Source of the DNA: the human T2T-CHM13v2.0 reference genome, Homo sapiens | Reading direction: 5' to 3' (one strand) | Assembly: GCF_009914755.1 (NCBI RefSeq) | Contig: NC_060932.1 | Length of the DNA: 64,000 nucleotides | Shown: positions 1 to 18,489 of the stretch, piece after piece | Numbering within the stretch: the first letter of the stretch is position 1 | Layout of the letters: each line of letters starts with the position of its first letter | Notes under the pieces: model-generated | The model's database searches: none | The model's input: the letters and a program-made list of their open reading frames with translations, nothing else | Told to the model about the DNA's origin: nothing | Program-made: the position numbers and the translations under genes

Positions 1-25
1 TGTTAGTTTTTTAAAAATTAAATTT

Positions 26-625
<600 letters not shown>

Positions 626-794
626 TAAATCAGAAAACAAAGAATAATAATTAAGTACAATACCAATATGTTTGCAGTGAGTTTGTGTTAATACAAGAAT
701 TTGATTACTATTAAATTCAAGAGCATGTTTTAAAAAATTCATCTGTTTTTTGGAAATATATGTATGCAAATTTAAATTCATTTTCCCCTTTTAG

Positions 795-998
<204 letters not shown>

Positions 999-1313
999 TA
1001 AGTCCCTTACATCAAGCCTATTGGCGACGCTTTTGAAGAAACTGTTCTGTGCCATAGTATTGAAAACACTGTTCGCCAGAGTTGTTTGATTAGCATCTTA
1101 ATCTTATATGAAATACTAGAAATATTATTTAGATTATTTAAATACATCTTTTTGGAAAAAGTTAGGTACTATTTGAGATGAAAGAAACAATGAAAATTGT
1201 GGAACTGATGTTTGGGTAAACATCCGCAATTTTCATTATTTTAATTTCTCCAATTCAGTGGTAGAATATTTCTTTTTCTGTACACGAAGATGAAGTTAAA
1301 AAGTACGACATGG

Positions 1314-1437
1314 AGCCAGGTGGGATGGTGTGTGCCTGTAATCCCAGCTACTGGGAAGCTGAGGCAGGAAGATCACTTGAAGCCCAGAATTTGAGACCAG
1401 CTGGGCAACATAGTGAGACCTTGTCTCAAAAGAAACA
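1314..1437 (+). mobile_element. Alu monomer (FLAM/FRAM-like)
   Basis: GCCTGTAATCCCAGCTAC...GAGACCTTGTCTCAAAA, about 120 nt. Confidence 0.85.
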
Positions 1438-1516
1438 TTTTTTTTTTAAGCACTATATGGAGGTTGCTTTGTCTTCAGTGGGAGTGATTATGGTTACTGC
1501 TTTAATTAATAATTAA

Positions 1517-1880
<364 letters not shown>

Positions 1881-2579
1881 TAAACAGGTATTTCAAAATA
1901 TCTGTTATTGTGATGAATATAGGAAGGGTAAGACCATGTGGAAGGAATTTCTTCTTATTAGGCATATTCTGGTACCCTGTAAACTCTGTTCCAAAGTCTG
2001 AGGCTTTAGAGACTGGTTTAAAAATCCACCCCTTCACCATTTTGAATGGTGTAAAATTTTAGGTAAGCCAAGTAGTCATCCAAACAACAGTTACTGTGTC
2101 ATTTGCAATTGCAGATTGTCCGGAATATTTTTTGTTTTTACATTGTAATGTTTTTAAGAGTTTAAATATATTATTTTCATTTTAATAATAATTTCTATTC
2201 ATAGTTTTTTTTGTAGAATGTGAGACTGCATGAATAAATGTAGTCTCTTTGAACCCATAAATTTAGTACAAAACCTACTAACATTATACCATGAATATAT
2301 TTTCTTTGTAAACCTGGCTTATCAAGGAAATAATTTAAATCTGTGAGTAGATAATGTTAAAGTAAACTGGTTTAAAAGTGACTAATTCAATAAGTTAGTA
2401 TCAAATATATAAAAATGATCTAAATTTGACTTTTAGAAAAAATTCACATTGATTTTTGTATATAAATAACATCTATACTTTCTCAGAAATGCTTTTCTTT
2501 AAGCTATGGATTCTCTGTATTCTTCAATTTATGAAATTGAAAAATATAATATGAAGTCATACAAGGTGTTTATTTCTAG

Positions 2580-2637
2580 GAAGATGGATGTTTTGAAAGC
2601 TACCGCAGAACAAATTTCTTCTCAAACTGGAAATAAG
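2580..2637 (+). CDS. DECR1: DECR1 exon 3 (58 nt)
   Basis: ctag|G AAG ATG...AAT AAG|gtac; (R)KMDVLKATAEQISSQTGNK; phase fits exon 2. Confidence 0.97.
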
Positions 2638-2681
2638 GTACATTAAAAATCAGTTATTTAATTTAGATTTAGGAATTATAA

Positions 2682-2918
<237 letters not shown>

Positions 2919-2932
2919 TAAAATATTGATAC

Positions 2933-3410
2933 TGATGTAGGACAGGCAAGCCCGAATCTGGGGCTTAGCCTGGGAAGGTTCTTGGCTTCACCCAGGAAAG
3001 AATTCAAGGATGAGCCGGTGGTAGAAGAGAACAGCTTTATTGAAGCAGCAGCAGTGGAATGGATCTGTGACTGTTCCTTCAGAGCAGGGCAACACCATAG
3101 TCAATGTGCTGGGCATAGCAGTTGAGAGGCAGTTTTATAGTCGTATTTATACCCACTTTTAATTGCCTGCAAATTAATTAGGTTTATGCAGAAATTTCTA
3201 GAAAAGGGTTGGTAACTTCTGAGTTATCAGTTCGTTGCCATGGAAAGGGCAGTAACTTGCTGACATTGCCATGGCAATGGTAAACAAACATGGTGCATTG
3301 GTGGGTATGTCTAAAGAGGGGGTGCTTTCATCCAGGACCTGGTTTAACTAGTCCTCATTCTGGTCCTGTGATGGAACTCTGCCTCCAGAGTTAGGCCTCC
3401 TCCTACCTCA
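2933..3410 (-). mobile_element. ERV1-class solo LTR (MER4-group-like, subfamily not determined)
   Basis: TG...CA termini, antisense AATAAA near 3036, near-match 4-bp flanks (atac/atat), resemblance to remembered ERV1 LTRs. Confidence 0.65.
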
Positions 3411-4058
3411 ATATGAGCAAGTGCTGTGTTGAGAAGCACCTATTTTCCATCCCTAGGAAAATGCCAGTTCTGCTAAAGCAAAGAACAGAGTAGGAAGACT
3501 GCTACACAACTTCCTTTCAGGAATACTTAAAGAATCCATTTATGATTGATCAGAAAACAAACTTGATTTCACTTTATTTAATAAGATTATGAAATAACAA
3601 GAGCAGTTATCCAAGAGTACAGCATTGAGTTTAAATGATTGATGCTTTTTGCTTCTCCTAGTAACTTTTGATTGTCTTCCTCAGTGGAGGAGAACGATAT
3701 AAACATGAAAAACTATAAGAAATTCAAAATTTCTCCTTTTAAGACCTGAAATATGCATGAATATTTTGCTGTTGCTTGGTACATTTATCGGAGAGAAGCC
3801 GTTTCTTCCAGTAGTCTCAAAGATAGCACTTTTCTATGTTAAAGGTATTTTCAGAACCAGTAACACTGAATCTCCTGTAGAACTAGCCAGAATCTTTACT
3901 GATGGTAAATAGATCATCAACCACAAGCTGCATTGGTTAAGTTAAACTAAAATGACACCAGAAACAAAAAGCCATTTCTTGAGATTCTTTGAAATAAAAT
4001 GCAGTCACATGGTAAATATGTTTAATCTGTATTAATTTTCTTTTTTTTAACTTTTAAA

Positions 4059-4335
4059 ATTTTATTCATTTATTTTGAGACAGAGTCTTGCTCTGTCACT
4101 CAGGTTGGAGTGCAAGTGGCACAATCACGGCTCAGTGGAGCCTTGACCTCCTGGGTTCAAGCGATACTCCCACCTCAGCCTCCCAAGTAGCTGGGAATAC
4201 AGGCACGTGCCACCACACCCAGCTAATTTTTAAAACAAAATTTTTGTAGAGATGACGTCTCGCTTTGTTGCCCAGCCTGGTCTTGAACTCATCCCAAAGT
4301 GCTGGGATTACAGGCATGAGCCACTGCACTCAGCC
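4059..4335 (-). mobile_element. AluJ-like element with internal deletion
   Basis: Antisense Alu with part of the left arm missing near 4290. Confidence 0.9.
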
Positions 4336-4579
4336 TTAGTTTTCTTAATAAGAGAATCTACCCTAATTTAAAGACGGCTTAGGATTCTGAAATTTGGTAA
4401 CTAACGTAGGAGGTTTTCACAGACTCAGACTACCAAATCTCATGGTATTGTTTCGTAGGTAGCTGTGGACTTCAACTTTATTGTATTATTTCTATTAATA
4501 CATTTCAGAAAAAAAACCCTGCAGGGAAAATGTTTTTCCTCATCTAAAGTTTCTGTAACTTGCCTTGTTCATTTATTAG

Positions 4580-4864
<285 letters not shown>

Positions 4865-6231
4865 TAAATAATTATCATATGTTACAATTTGAGCAGTAAT
4901 AAATATATGTTTCAAGTGCATTGGCAATCCAGAGACAGGAATGACTAACTCTCCCTAGGGTCAGTGATCAGGTTGAGGAACAAGATGCAACTTAAGCTGA
5001 AAGTTCAAAGATCTAGATGTGGAGAAAGAGGAGGGAAAGGACATGTGAATGTCAATGGATAGAGGCCTGGTGGAGAGGAGGACATAAGTACATAGGGAAT
5101 GATGAAAACTTTGATGTCATTAGAGATGGGGAAAGGAATAGGAAATGATTTTGGGAAGGTGGGTTGGAGTGTAATTGGGAGAGTTCTCAATACCAAAATA
5201 AGGAGTTTAATGTTAATTCTGAAAGAAATAGGAAGTATTTTTGTATAGATTTCCATTGAAGGTGGAACAAAGAATGCGACTTGATTGGAAAGGTTAGTGA
5301 CAACAAGATGGATGATAAAAGGAGTGCCATTCAGGAGGATTTGATTTTTCTTTTAGCAGGTGGCTAGATTGCATGGGAGATAAAGTAGAAGACATTTAGA
5401 AGACAATAAGATCAACAGGCCTTATTGATTTGATGAGAGTATTTTTAGATGGGATGAAGAGTCTGGATGATAATACCAATGAGATTAAGAACACTGGAGG
5501 GAAAATAGATTTAGAAAGAACTTACTAGGAGAACATTTTTGTTAGTATTATGAATGAATTACTTTATAAAAGTTCATATGTACATGGATAGCAAACATGT
5601 CTAATGTATATATGTGTGTATATTCATATATATCTAGAACCAGCGTACATTTATTCACCTGACAGACACTTACTAATGACTTTTGGGTAGCAGGCCCTAT
5701 ACTCATGCTCAAAGCACAGAGGTGGACAAGACCCTGTCCCTGAATAATTTGGGGAACTTGAAGGGTGCGGGTATTTTCTCAGAGAAGGTGGAGAGTATTT
5801 TAAACAAGGAAAATGAGGAAGCGTTCTCATGCTCCTCAGAGGATGTCCTTTGAGGGTTGAGGGGAGGAAAGAGGGCATGGAGCTGGCTAGGTTCCTCCCT
5901 CTGTTCAGAAACCTTTGCCTTATAAGGTTCAATTTCTTCTTTTGTGCAGCGCAGGTGATCCTAGAACCAGCTTGAGATACGCTGTAGGAACAGAGAGATG
6001 CTACAGAGGCACTAGCTCTGTGTGTGTGTGTGTCTGCTCACATACATACACTAATAGCTTCCATCCTTTCTATGCACTCATTGAAATTGAAATTCCTGGT
6101 TACTCATTTCCATGATGGCAGAATGGATGTGATTTATAATTGGATTTTGGATAAGTGTTTTATTTGATGTTTTTTTTTTCAGTGAGGGGCAGGAAGATGG
6201 ATAAGAGTGGGAAGGGGGGACAGGGAAGAGT

Positions 6232-6525
6232 GTGACTCCTCTCTCTTCCCTTCTCTGTCCGAGGAACCTTGATCTCTGTATCTCTCCTGTGTCTCTGCCT
6301 CTGTCTGATTTTCTCTCGCCCTACCCCTTGCTGATATCTCCATTTCATTCTCTACTGCTCTGCCTCTGTCAGCTCCTCATTTTTGGTTCTCTGTTTCTCT
6401 CTTCATCTGTCTCTTTCGTTTCTTTGTCCTTCTTTGCCTCTTTGTCTCTTATTTCTTCCCTCGCTCATCTCTGTGACCCTCAATTTCTGTCTGACTCTCC
6501 CTTCTTCCCTCATTATTGTCTTTCA
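6232..6525. repeat. CT-rich low-complexity tract
   Basis: About 290 nt dominated by TCTC/TCTG/TCTT units. Confidence 0.8.
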
Positions 6526-6773
6526 TTTTAACATAGACTCTGATCTATTTTTGTTCATCACATTGGATTAAAATTCTATGAGCTTCATTAAAAATATATT
6601 AGATAAAATATCTTTTTAAAAGATGGAAGCCAGTTTTTATTCTTCCAAGATTCCTGTCAGTTATTGATGCTATAAGCTGACAGAGTTTGGAGAACTTGGA
6701 CCACTCAGCTGAGGGGAGTACGCGGTAAAGGATTTGTTCTGGTACTGGATCGACAGTCAAGGAACTGAAGCGT

Positions 6774-7390
6774 GACATTTTTAACAATATCATGTCTTCC
6801 AGTCTCTCAATGTGGTATCTCTCACCATTTATTTAGGTCTTCTTTAATTCCTATCAGCAGTGTTTTGCATGGGCATTGTACATGTTTTGTTAACTTTCTC
6901 CCAAAGTATTTAAATTTTTGGTGCTATTGCAAATGGCACTGTTTTCTAAATGTTATTTTCTAGGTGTTTTCTTGTAGTATTTAGAAATACAATGGATTAG
7001 TTTTGTGTATTGATGTATTCCCTAGGAGCTTGCTAAACTCACTTAATGGTTATTACAGTTTTTTTTTGTTTAGATTCCTTTGGATTTTCTGCATTGGTAA
7101 TACTGTTGGTGAAAAAAAGACAGTTTTTATATTTTCCTTCCCAACTGATAAGCCTTTTATTTTCTTTCTTGCCTTATTTTATTGGATGGGACCTTCACTA
7201 AAATATTGAATAGGTAAAAACTTAGATTCTGCTGGTTCCTAGTATTAAGAACAAATCAAATACATTTCCTCCTGATGCCAGGAGGAAAGCAATTAGATTT
7301 TCATTATTAATTATGATTTACCTGTAAATTTTCATAAATATCCTTCATCAGCTTTGGGAAGTTATCTTCTATATCTAGTTTGCTGATAGC
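6774..7390 (-). mobile_element. Old L1M ORF2 fragment; resumes at about 11433-11660 after the L1PA insertion
   Basis: Degenerate antisense ORF2 motifs (TTTATTTAGGTCTTCTTTAATT, CTTGCTAAACTCACTTA). Confidence 0.65.
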
Positions 7391-11432
<4,042 letters not shown>

Positions 11433-12347
11433 TAGTTTTTTTTTTAAAAAAAAATCGTGAATAAGTATTGAATTTGTTAATATAAGCCTTCTTTCTACAT
11501 TTATTGAGATGGGTATATTTTTAAGCCTGTTAATATGGTGAATTACATTAATTAATTTTTGAATATTGAACACCATTGCATTCCTAGGCTGAATCTTCCT
11601 TCATTTTGGTAAATTATCCTAGTTATATATTGCTAGATTTGTTTTGCTGAAATTTTCTTAATGCTTACTTTGTCATTTTCCAAGTGTTACTTTTCATTGA
11701 GCTTCTTAGCTTCTGTGCTTGCTTAGTTTAGTGATTAGGATTTGAGGGGAGTTTATATGCAGATGTTACCTCGTCCTTTGCACCTGCTCTGGCAGCTTTG
11801 TCCAACAGGTGATAGGTTGGCTACAGCCTTGCTTTGCGAAATTGTTACTTTAACCTGAATCCAACAAAAGCCTCTTGTGCCGCCATCAGAGGCATATTAT
11901 ATAAGTGTTCAACATAGTGTGATACTCTTCATATTTGGATTTTTTTTTAGCATCTTAAGTTACTTAACATTCAAGTTAAAATGTTGGCCTCATGTCTATT
12001 ATTGTCTTAAAATTACATTTTGATTGTATCTAGATAAAACTATTTTTCTTAAAAAATTTTTTTTGCTTTTCTTGCATGTATTTATTGAAAAAATATATGA
12101 CAGCCTACTCAGATATTGTACTTGATTTTGGACTAGCTTTGGTGTTGAGTCACATGGATTACTTTATACCAGAAAGCTAGAATTCCTTATACCTAAGAAC
12201 ATATGAGAATTCTATAGTGATTCCCACAAGTTGTATATTAAATAAAGGTATATGATGTAACAGGTGTTGGAATACAGAACAAGCAAAATGTGAAATATTC
12301 TTTTTAAAGACATTACCTAATTTTAACCAAATTTTCACTTATTTTTA

Positions 12348-12449
12348 CTTCCTTCTTTCCTTCCTCCCTCCTTCCCTTCCTTCCTCCCTTCCTTTCTTTT
12401 TTTCCCTTATAAAAATCTTTCCTTCCTTCTTTTTTTCTTTCTTTCTTTC
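12348..12449. repeat. (TTCC/TTTC)n pyrimidine low-complexity tract
   Basis: Seen directly. Confidence 0.8.
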
Positions 12450-13635
12450 ATATCTAATGTTTATTGAGTGCTTATTTTGTATCAGGCTTTGTTCTAAGTG
12501 CTAAATACTTATTAACTCATTTAACACTTGCAATGACCTTGCAAGTAAGTGCTCTTTTATTCCCATTTATAGACATGGGTGGAAACTGACGTACAATCTT
12601 TTTTTAATGTAGGAAGTGAATTTTTAACGCTCACATTTACAGATGAGAAACTATGGCTTATTAATTACCTAAGTGTTAACTATTACTATTAAAATCGACA
12701 ATTGACATAATTTAAAAAATTAGTTGTTGTAAGTGGTCTAGTAGAGAAAAAGAAGGAACTGTGACTTTTTATTGTAGTCATAGTCACTTAGTTTACACCT
12801 GATACTTGGACAGTTAGTGAGTGACGATATTTTACTGTTATTCAGCTTTTTCATCTATAAAATATACTTGATAATAAATTACTACTCCAATATTTAGTAA
12901 CAGAACAAGGCGTTAGGTGTAGAAGCCTCATGAAAAATATAAATTGTTTTACAGATGTACATGTGCTTTTTCTTACATGTGAATGGACATCCGATAGCCT
13001 AGCTAACATAAAGACTTTGGTGGAAATAACTTTTAAGAACCTCAGAGAATTTAAAACTAAGAAGTAGAAGCAACCCAAGGAAGCTTGAACCATATGGAGC
13101 TTGTGTTGGGGAAAGGGAAAGAGTGAAGTGAATAATCTTACCAGCAGCCTTGTGATAGAGGAAGAGAATAAATGTAAATCACCAACTGAAGAAAGAATAA
13201 AAACAAAGGACTGTTTTAGTTAATAGAGAAGAAGAAACAGTTTTCAAGGCCAGAGGCCTTGGAAGCATTGAACTAAGTAAAGTACATTATACTGTTTTTA
13301 CAGTTTAATTAAATTATCAGAAAACACAAGATTTTTTAACCATCTTGCTGTTCTTCTGGAGTCCCTGATGTGTGAACCGTAAACACAAGAATAAATTTCA
13401 AAACATTCCTTTTTCCAACCCATAGACATTGTACTTGGCCAGTTACTCTTCCTTGTCCTCCATAATGGAGCACCCTCAGCCTGTCCAGTCTCTATACTAG
13501 CCCGTTTGACTGATCCAGTACACATGCCCTGATTAGAATCATTCTTTACCTGAGCCATAGAGTCTCCATTCCCAGCTCTAGTCCACTCCTCACTGAAGGA
13601 TTACCAGTTCAGGGGCTAGCATGCATACTTTAGCA

Positions 13636-13972
13636 CAGTGGTCCCCAGCCCTTTTGGCACCAGGGACCATTTTCGTGAAAGAAAATTTTTTCACAGACCA
13701 GGGGAAGGTGCAGGGGGTGGTTTTGGGATGAAACTGTTTCACCTCAGATCATCAGGCATTAGAGTATCATAAGGAATGTGCAAGCTAGATTCCTTGCATG
13801 TGTAGTTTGCAATAGGGTTTGCGCTCCTATGATAACCTAATGTCACCGCTGATCTGACATTAGGTGGAGCTCAGGCAGTAATGCTGGCTCACCTACTGCT
13901 CACTTCTTGCTGTGTGGCCTGGTTTCTAACTGGCCATAGACTGGTATGGGGCTGGGGTGTGGGGGTCCCCTG
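13636..13972. mobile_element. MER1B-like hAT-Charlie DNA transposon
   Basis: TIR-like ends CAGTGGTCCCC...GGGGTCCCCTG; perfect 8-bp TSD CTTTAGCA (13628-13635 and 13973-13980). Confidence 0.9.
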
Positions 13973-14728
13973 CTTTAGCACTTAAAAACATGCTACATCT
14001 AGTTATTGTTTCATGTTGTAAGTCTCCTTTTCCATCAACTCTCCGTCCATTACAAATTCTTTTATCAGGGTGCATTACTTCTGCCCTACCTGCAAAGCCT
14101 TTCCATTCCTTCCCCACCATTTCCTAACTCAACACTGAACACAAATGTGGTGCTTTGTTTATGCAGTGAAACATTTTGGAGACCTGCAAAAGGAAGGTGA
14201 GTTGAGTACATACTTAACACTTCTTTCAATTATGTCCTTCAACTTTACTATTGGAGGGAAAAGATGACCAGTCATTGACATGATCAGTTGGAATGGAAGC
14301 AAATGCACCTTGTTTCAGAAGTGGGAAGAGTAGAGCATAGCAGAAGGCTTTCCTTATTCGTCAGTAGTGTGAGTGCAAGGTGTATGTTGCTTAGAGTATA
14401 TAAGAACCACATAAGTACATTTCTTTATATTGTGTCCAGAGATTTTGTTTTTTTCTAGAACAGTGGGTGCATCTAAAGAATATTTGAAAACACATTTTTA
14501 GTTATCAGTTGAAATTTATTAAGGTGGTATTAGTATCCTTTTGAAATCACTTTTTTCTAGAGTCATCTCGTTTGATGGGAGAGTTCAACCTCATCTGTTA
14601 AAATTTCTTAGAGCAACTGTGTACCTTATTTTGATGTTTTTTGAAGATAAGGTAAAGGTAAAGCGATTTGAGAATTTTGAAAATAAATTAGTTTTTCTTT
14701 CTAAGTAGTAATTAGAAATTTCTTGGCA

Positions 14729-14980
14729 AGGCAGTAGTAGTTACATAGTAGTTAAGAGTGCAGGCTCTAGAGCTTAACTGCCAAGTTCCAATCCTGGTTA
14801 ATACTTATTAGTCCTATCAACTTGGACAGATTAGCTTGCTGTGCCTGTCTTTTCTGTAAAATAATGTTGATAATAAAGCCTTCCTCCTAGGATTGCTGTA
14901 ATGATTATAAGAGCTAGTGTCTATAAAGTGTTAAGAATAGTTCCCGGGGCAGACTAGTACTCAATAAATGTTAGTTATGA
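14729..14980. mobile_element. MIR
   Basis: GTTAAGAGTGCAGGCTCTAGAG...CTGTAAAATAA...CTCAATAAATGTTAG. Confidence 0.7.
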
Positions 14981-15629
14981 AAGAAAATGTTAAGTTTCCT
15001 CCAAGATAAATGTATTTTTACCACGTCTTTTACAAGGGGACTATCAACTATCTGAAACTTAGGTTTTGACTCATAATTAAAATTAGTTAGAAAAACCAGA
15101 GCCCTGATATCCCTTCTTACTATAATTAAACTTAAAAATAGCAGCCTACATGAGGGACATATTTATATTAAATGTTTAAATGAGAAAAGTGTTTCCTTAG
15201 TAGATAATATTATTTATGTAGGGTTATTCTAGTTTTTAAATGTTATAGTCCTATTTTGAGTAGCTTTTAGAGAATTAAGGATTTTTAGATTTTCATATGG
15301 GCTCTCATTGAAAAATGGCTCGGAGACAGGTATCCTCTGTGCCCTCATCAAAAAGACAGAGAAGTTTGTCTTCTTACCATGATTGTCAGTAAGATTAATT
15401 GCTAGCAATAATAGTAGAAGAGTTAGAACTGCAACCAACAGCTCAGTTGTGTATTTAGGCATACAAGGAGTTCAGTGTTGCTTATATGTGACATATAATG
15501 CCTGGAGGGGTAGGAGATGAGGCCAAGCAATGTGGTCTTTATCCTTCGGTGATAGGTAAAGTTAAACAAGGATTAAAAAAAAATTAAGATACTTTATTTC
15601 TGTTTGTTGGAAAGTTGACATAATACACT

Positions 15630-16273
15630 ATACTAGTCCCCCATTGTGGGGACCACAAATGACCACAAACTTAACAGCTTAATATATCATATGCTTATAA
15701 TTTTATAATTCTGTTTTTTTCAAGTAAATGCACAGAGTTGCTTGGCTGGTTTCTCTGCTTCAGATCTTATAGGCTAATATCAGGGAGTCACCCAGCAGAG
15801 CTCATGTCTTGGAGGCTCTAGAAAGAGTCTGTATCCAGGCTCATTTAGGTCGTTGGAAGAATCAAGTTTCTTGTGGTTGTAGGACTGAAGTGTATATGTT
15901 CATGGTTACTGTCAGCTTAGGGCCACCCTATCTCCTAGGGACCTCTCTCTGATCCTTACATAGGGACTGGTACATCTCAGAGCCAGCAATACCACAATAT
16001 GTCTTTCTCATGCTTAGGGACTGACTTTCTCTTCTACCACATCTCTCTTGCCTGCTCCTTAAAATTCATCTTTCTGACTACAGCCAGAGAAAGTTGTCTG
16101 TTTTTAAGAGTTCACGTGATTAGACTGTGTTACTTGGATAATCCCAGAAAGGCCCCTCTCTTAAATCCTGTAATCTTTCTTAATGTCTTCAAAGTTATTT
16201 TGCCAAGTAAAATAAGAAATTCAGTTCTTAGGAATTAGGGCATGGGATCTTTAAGTGGGGCCATTCTGCCCAC
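15630..16273. mobile_element. MLT1-type MaLR LTR (boundaries approximate)
   Basis: Motifs ACCACAAACTTAACAGCTTAA, GTTTCTTGTGGTTGTAGGACTGA and GGGGCCATTCTGCCC. Confidence 0.65.
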
Positions 16274-18089
16274 ATATATTTCTTATCTTGTTAGAAAGGA
16301 AACCCTCAGAACAACAAGAATATTTTGAAATAAGTAAATAATCATGTAATATCTGTAATGTAAAACATGCTTCCTTAGATATGGCACCCTTATGCACTGC
16401 TCAACCATGTGTAGCAGCCCTGACCTACCGGCCGTTCAACAAATTCTTGGATGTGTCTGTGAAACTAGGGGGCTGGGTTGCCTGTTGGAGTTACCTTCCA
16501 TTCTGGTGATGTTTCCTAACGCAACTTGCCAAATTATTAATACACAGCTAGTAAATGGCAGTCTTTTTGCATGAGAGCGGAAGAGTAATAGGTGGAATCA
16601 ACAACAGCAGTAAATTAACAAGTAATCCTTAGAATCTAATGACATTTGCTGGATACGCCCTATGTTCCTGTTTTACAGGTGATAAATCTAGGGTCCAGAG
16701 CAGGGATGCGACTTCCCCAGTCTCATAGCTACACAGCTAGTAAATAGTGGAATCAGTTTCTGAGCCCAGGTGTCTATACTATTCCCCTTCTGTTGGTCAT
16801 TGGAACTAAATTTGTTTAGTGATTCTTTCAATTCATAGTTTGTATTGAAACCAGATTTTAGAACTTTTGAATCTTCTTTTGAAATTAGATCATAATCTTG
16901 CACATATCATAGCTTTTTTGATAGATAATATGATTTTTGATGTTCTTTTATTACTATTTTTTTCCATTTCAAAATAACAAAGGATGGACTAACATAATAT
17001 TTATTTCATTTATTGCTTCCCTTCTCTATTTTCTTAACCTCATTAATAATATAGATTCATTTCTGTTGTCTGCTCTGAGCTGTTAGAAACTTGACTTTTA
17101 TAAAGCTTTTCCATGAGCAGTTATTCTAACTGAAATAATGGGCCTCTGTACAAGAAGGAAAATATATGTGACTAACCCTGGGGATCTAGGAATTCTTTAC
17201 TTTGCACTTTAGCACCACTGTTCATTTTTTTGAAGCCGATAATTGTTTCACCTTGCAGCATTAATGCTATTGGAACAGTGCAGTTTCAAACCTTTATCTC
17301 CCTTTTACACTCATGAGAATTAAAAGCTGCAGTATATTATTCTAAGAGGTGGGCTACCCAAATTTTCTAGGCTGAGAAAATAAAACCTTAAAGGGATAAA
17401 AAGAATAGTAAAATAACTTTCATTTCAGCATCTAAATTGTAGTAGGATGGCTTAACTCCTTTCCCACACTTGGAGAAATGTATTTGTTCAGTCTTAGTTG
17501 AAAGATAGTGCACTTTCCATTGGAGCATTTGCTTTGTATTTGCCACTTTTAAAGCAGTTTTTTTTCTTTTGTAATTTTGCTATAAGAATGATACAGTTAG
17601 CATCTGTTGTCAATGTACTGTAATGGAGCCCACTAATGTTCTACATCCCTCCTCTTTCATGGAGTACGATTTTGGAAGCAAAGTAATTTTCAGCAATCTG
17701 AAAGGCTGTTTGATATATAGAAGGAGTTACCAGAATGATTAACATAACCATTCTTATTTTTTCCTATCCTCAAAATGGTACTCCTGCCCCCTCTTCCACC
17801 CCCGTGTTTCCCAGGATGTGCTGAGTTTTCTTTCTACTCTGGAACATGCTGAGAGAAAGAGAAACTAAATATATGGAGCAGAGAAAAAACTTATCTGAAT
17901 ATTCTTCAAAATACTTTCCTTGTAGTCCTTCAAATTTAAATTTCTAAAAGTATTTGCTGTTATGTAAAAGATGTAAACTTATTTTGATCCTTTTGCAAAT
18001 ATTAAGTATTGTCTTATCCCGTGTTATGAATAAATAAGAAGTAGAGAAATCACTGATTTCTCAGGACCTAAAGATTACCCTTTTAAGCC

Positions 18090-18422
<333 letters not shown>

Positions 18423-18489
18423 TTATTCAGTTAATTTATTGAGAACCTGCTGTGTCCTAGACACTATTGACCACTGTATATGCAGTATC

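Noticed and set aside
6714-6731. GGGGAGTACG resembling a conserved 16S rRNA motif
   Set aside because: Only about 10 nt match and the flanks show no rRNA similarity, so it is chance.
11869-11895. CTCF-like motif GCCGCCATCAGAGGC
   Set aside because: It mismatches core positions in both orientations and cannot be supported without ChIP data.
16541-16756. Direct repeat TACACAGCTAGTAAAT at 16541 and 16730 as a possible repeat-spacer array
   Set aside because: There are only two copies and both match the MIR core. No regular array exists anywhere in the window.
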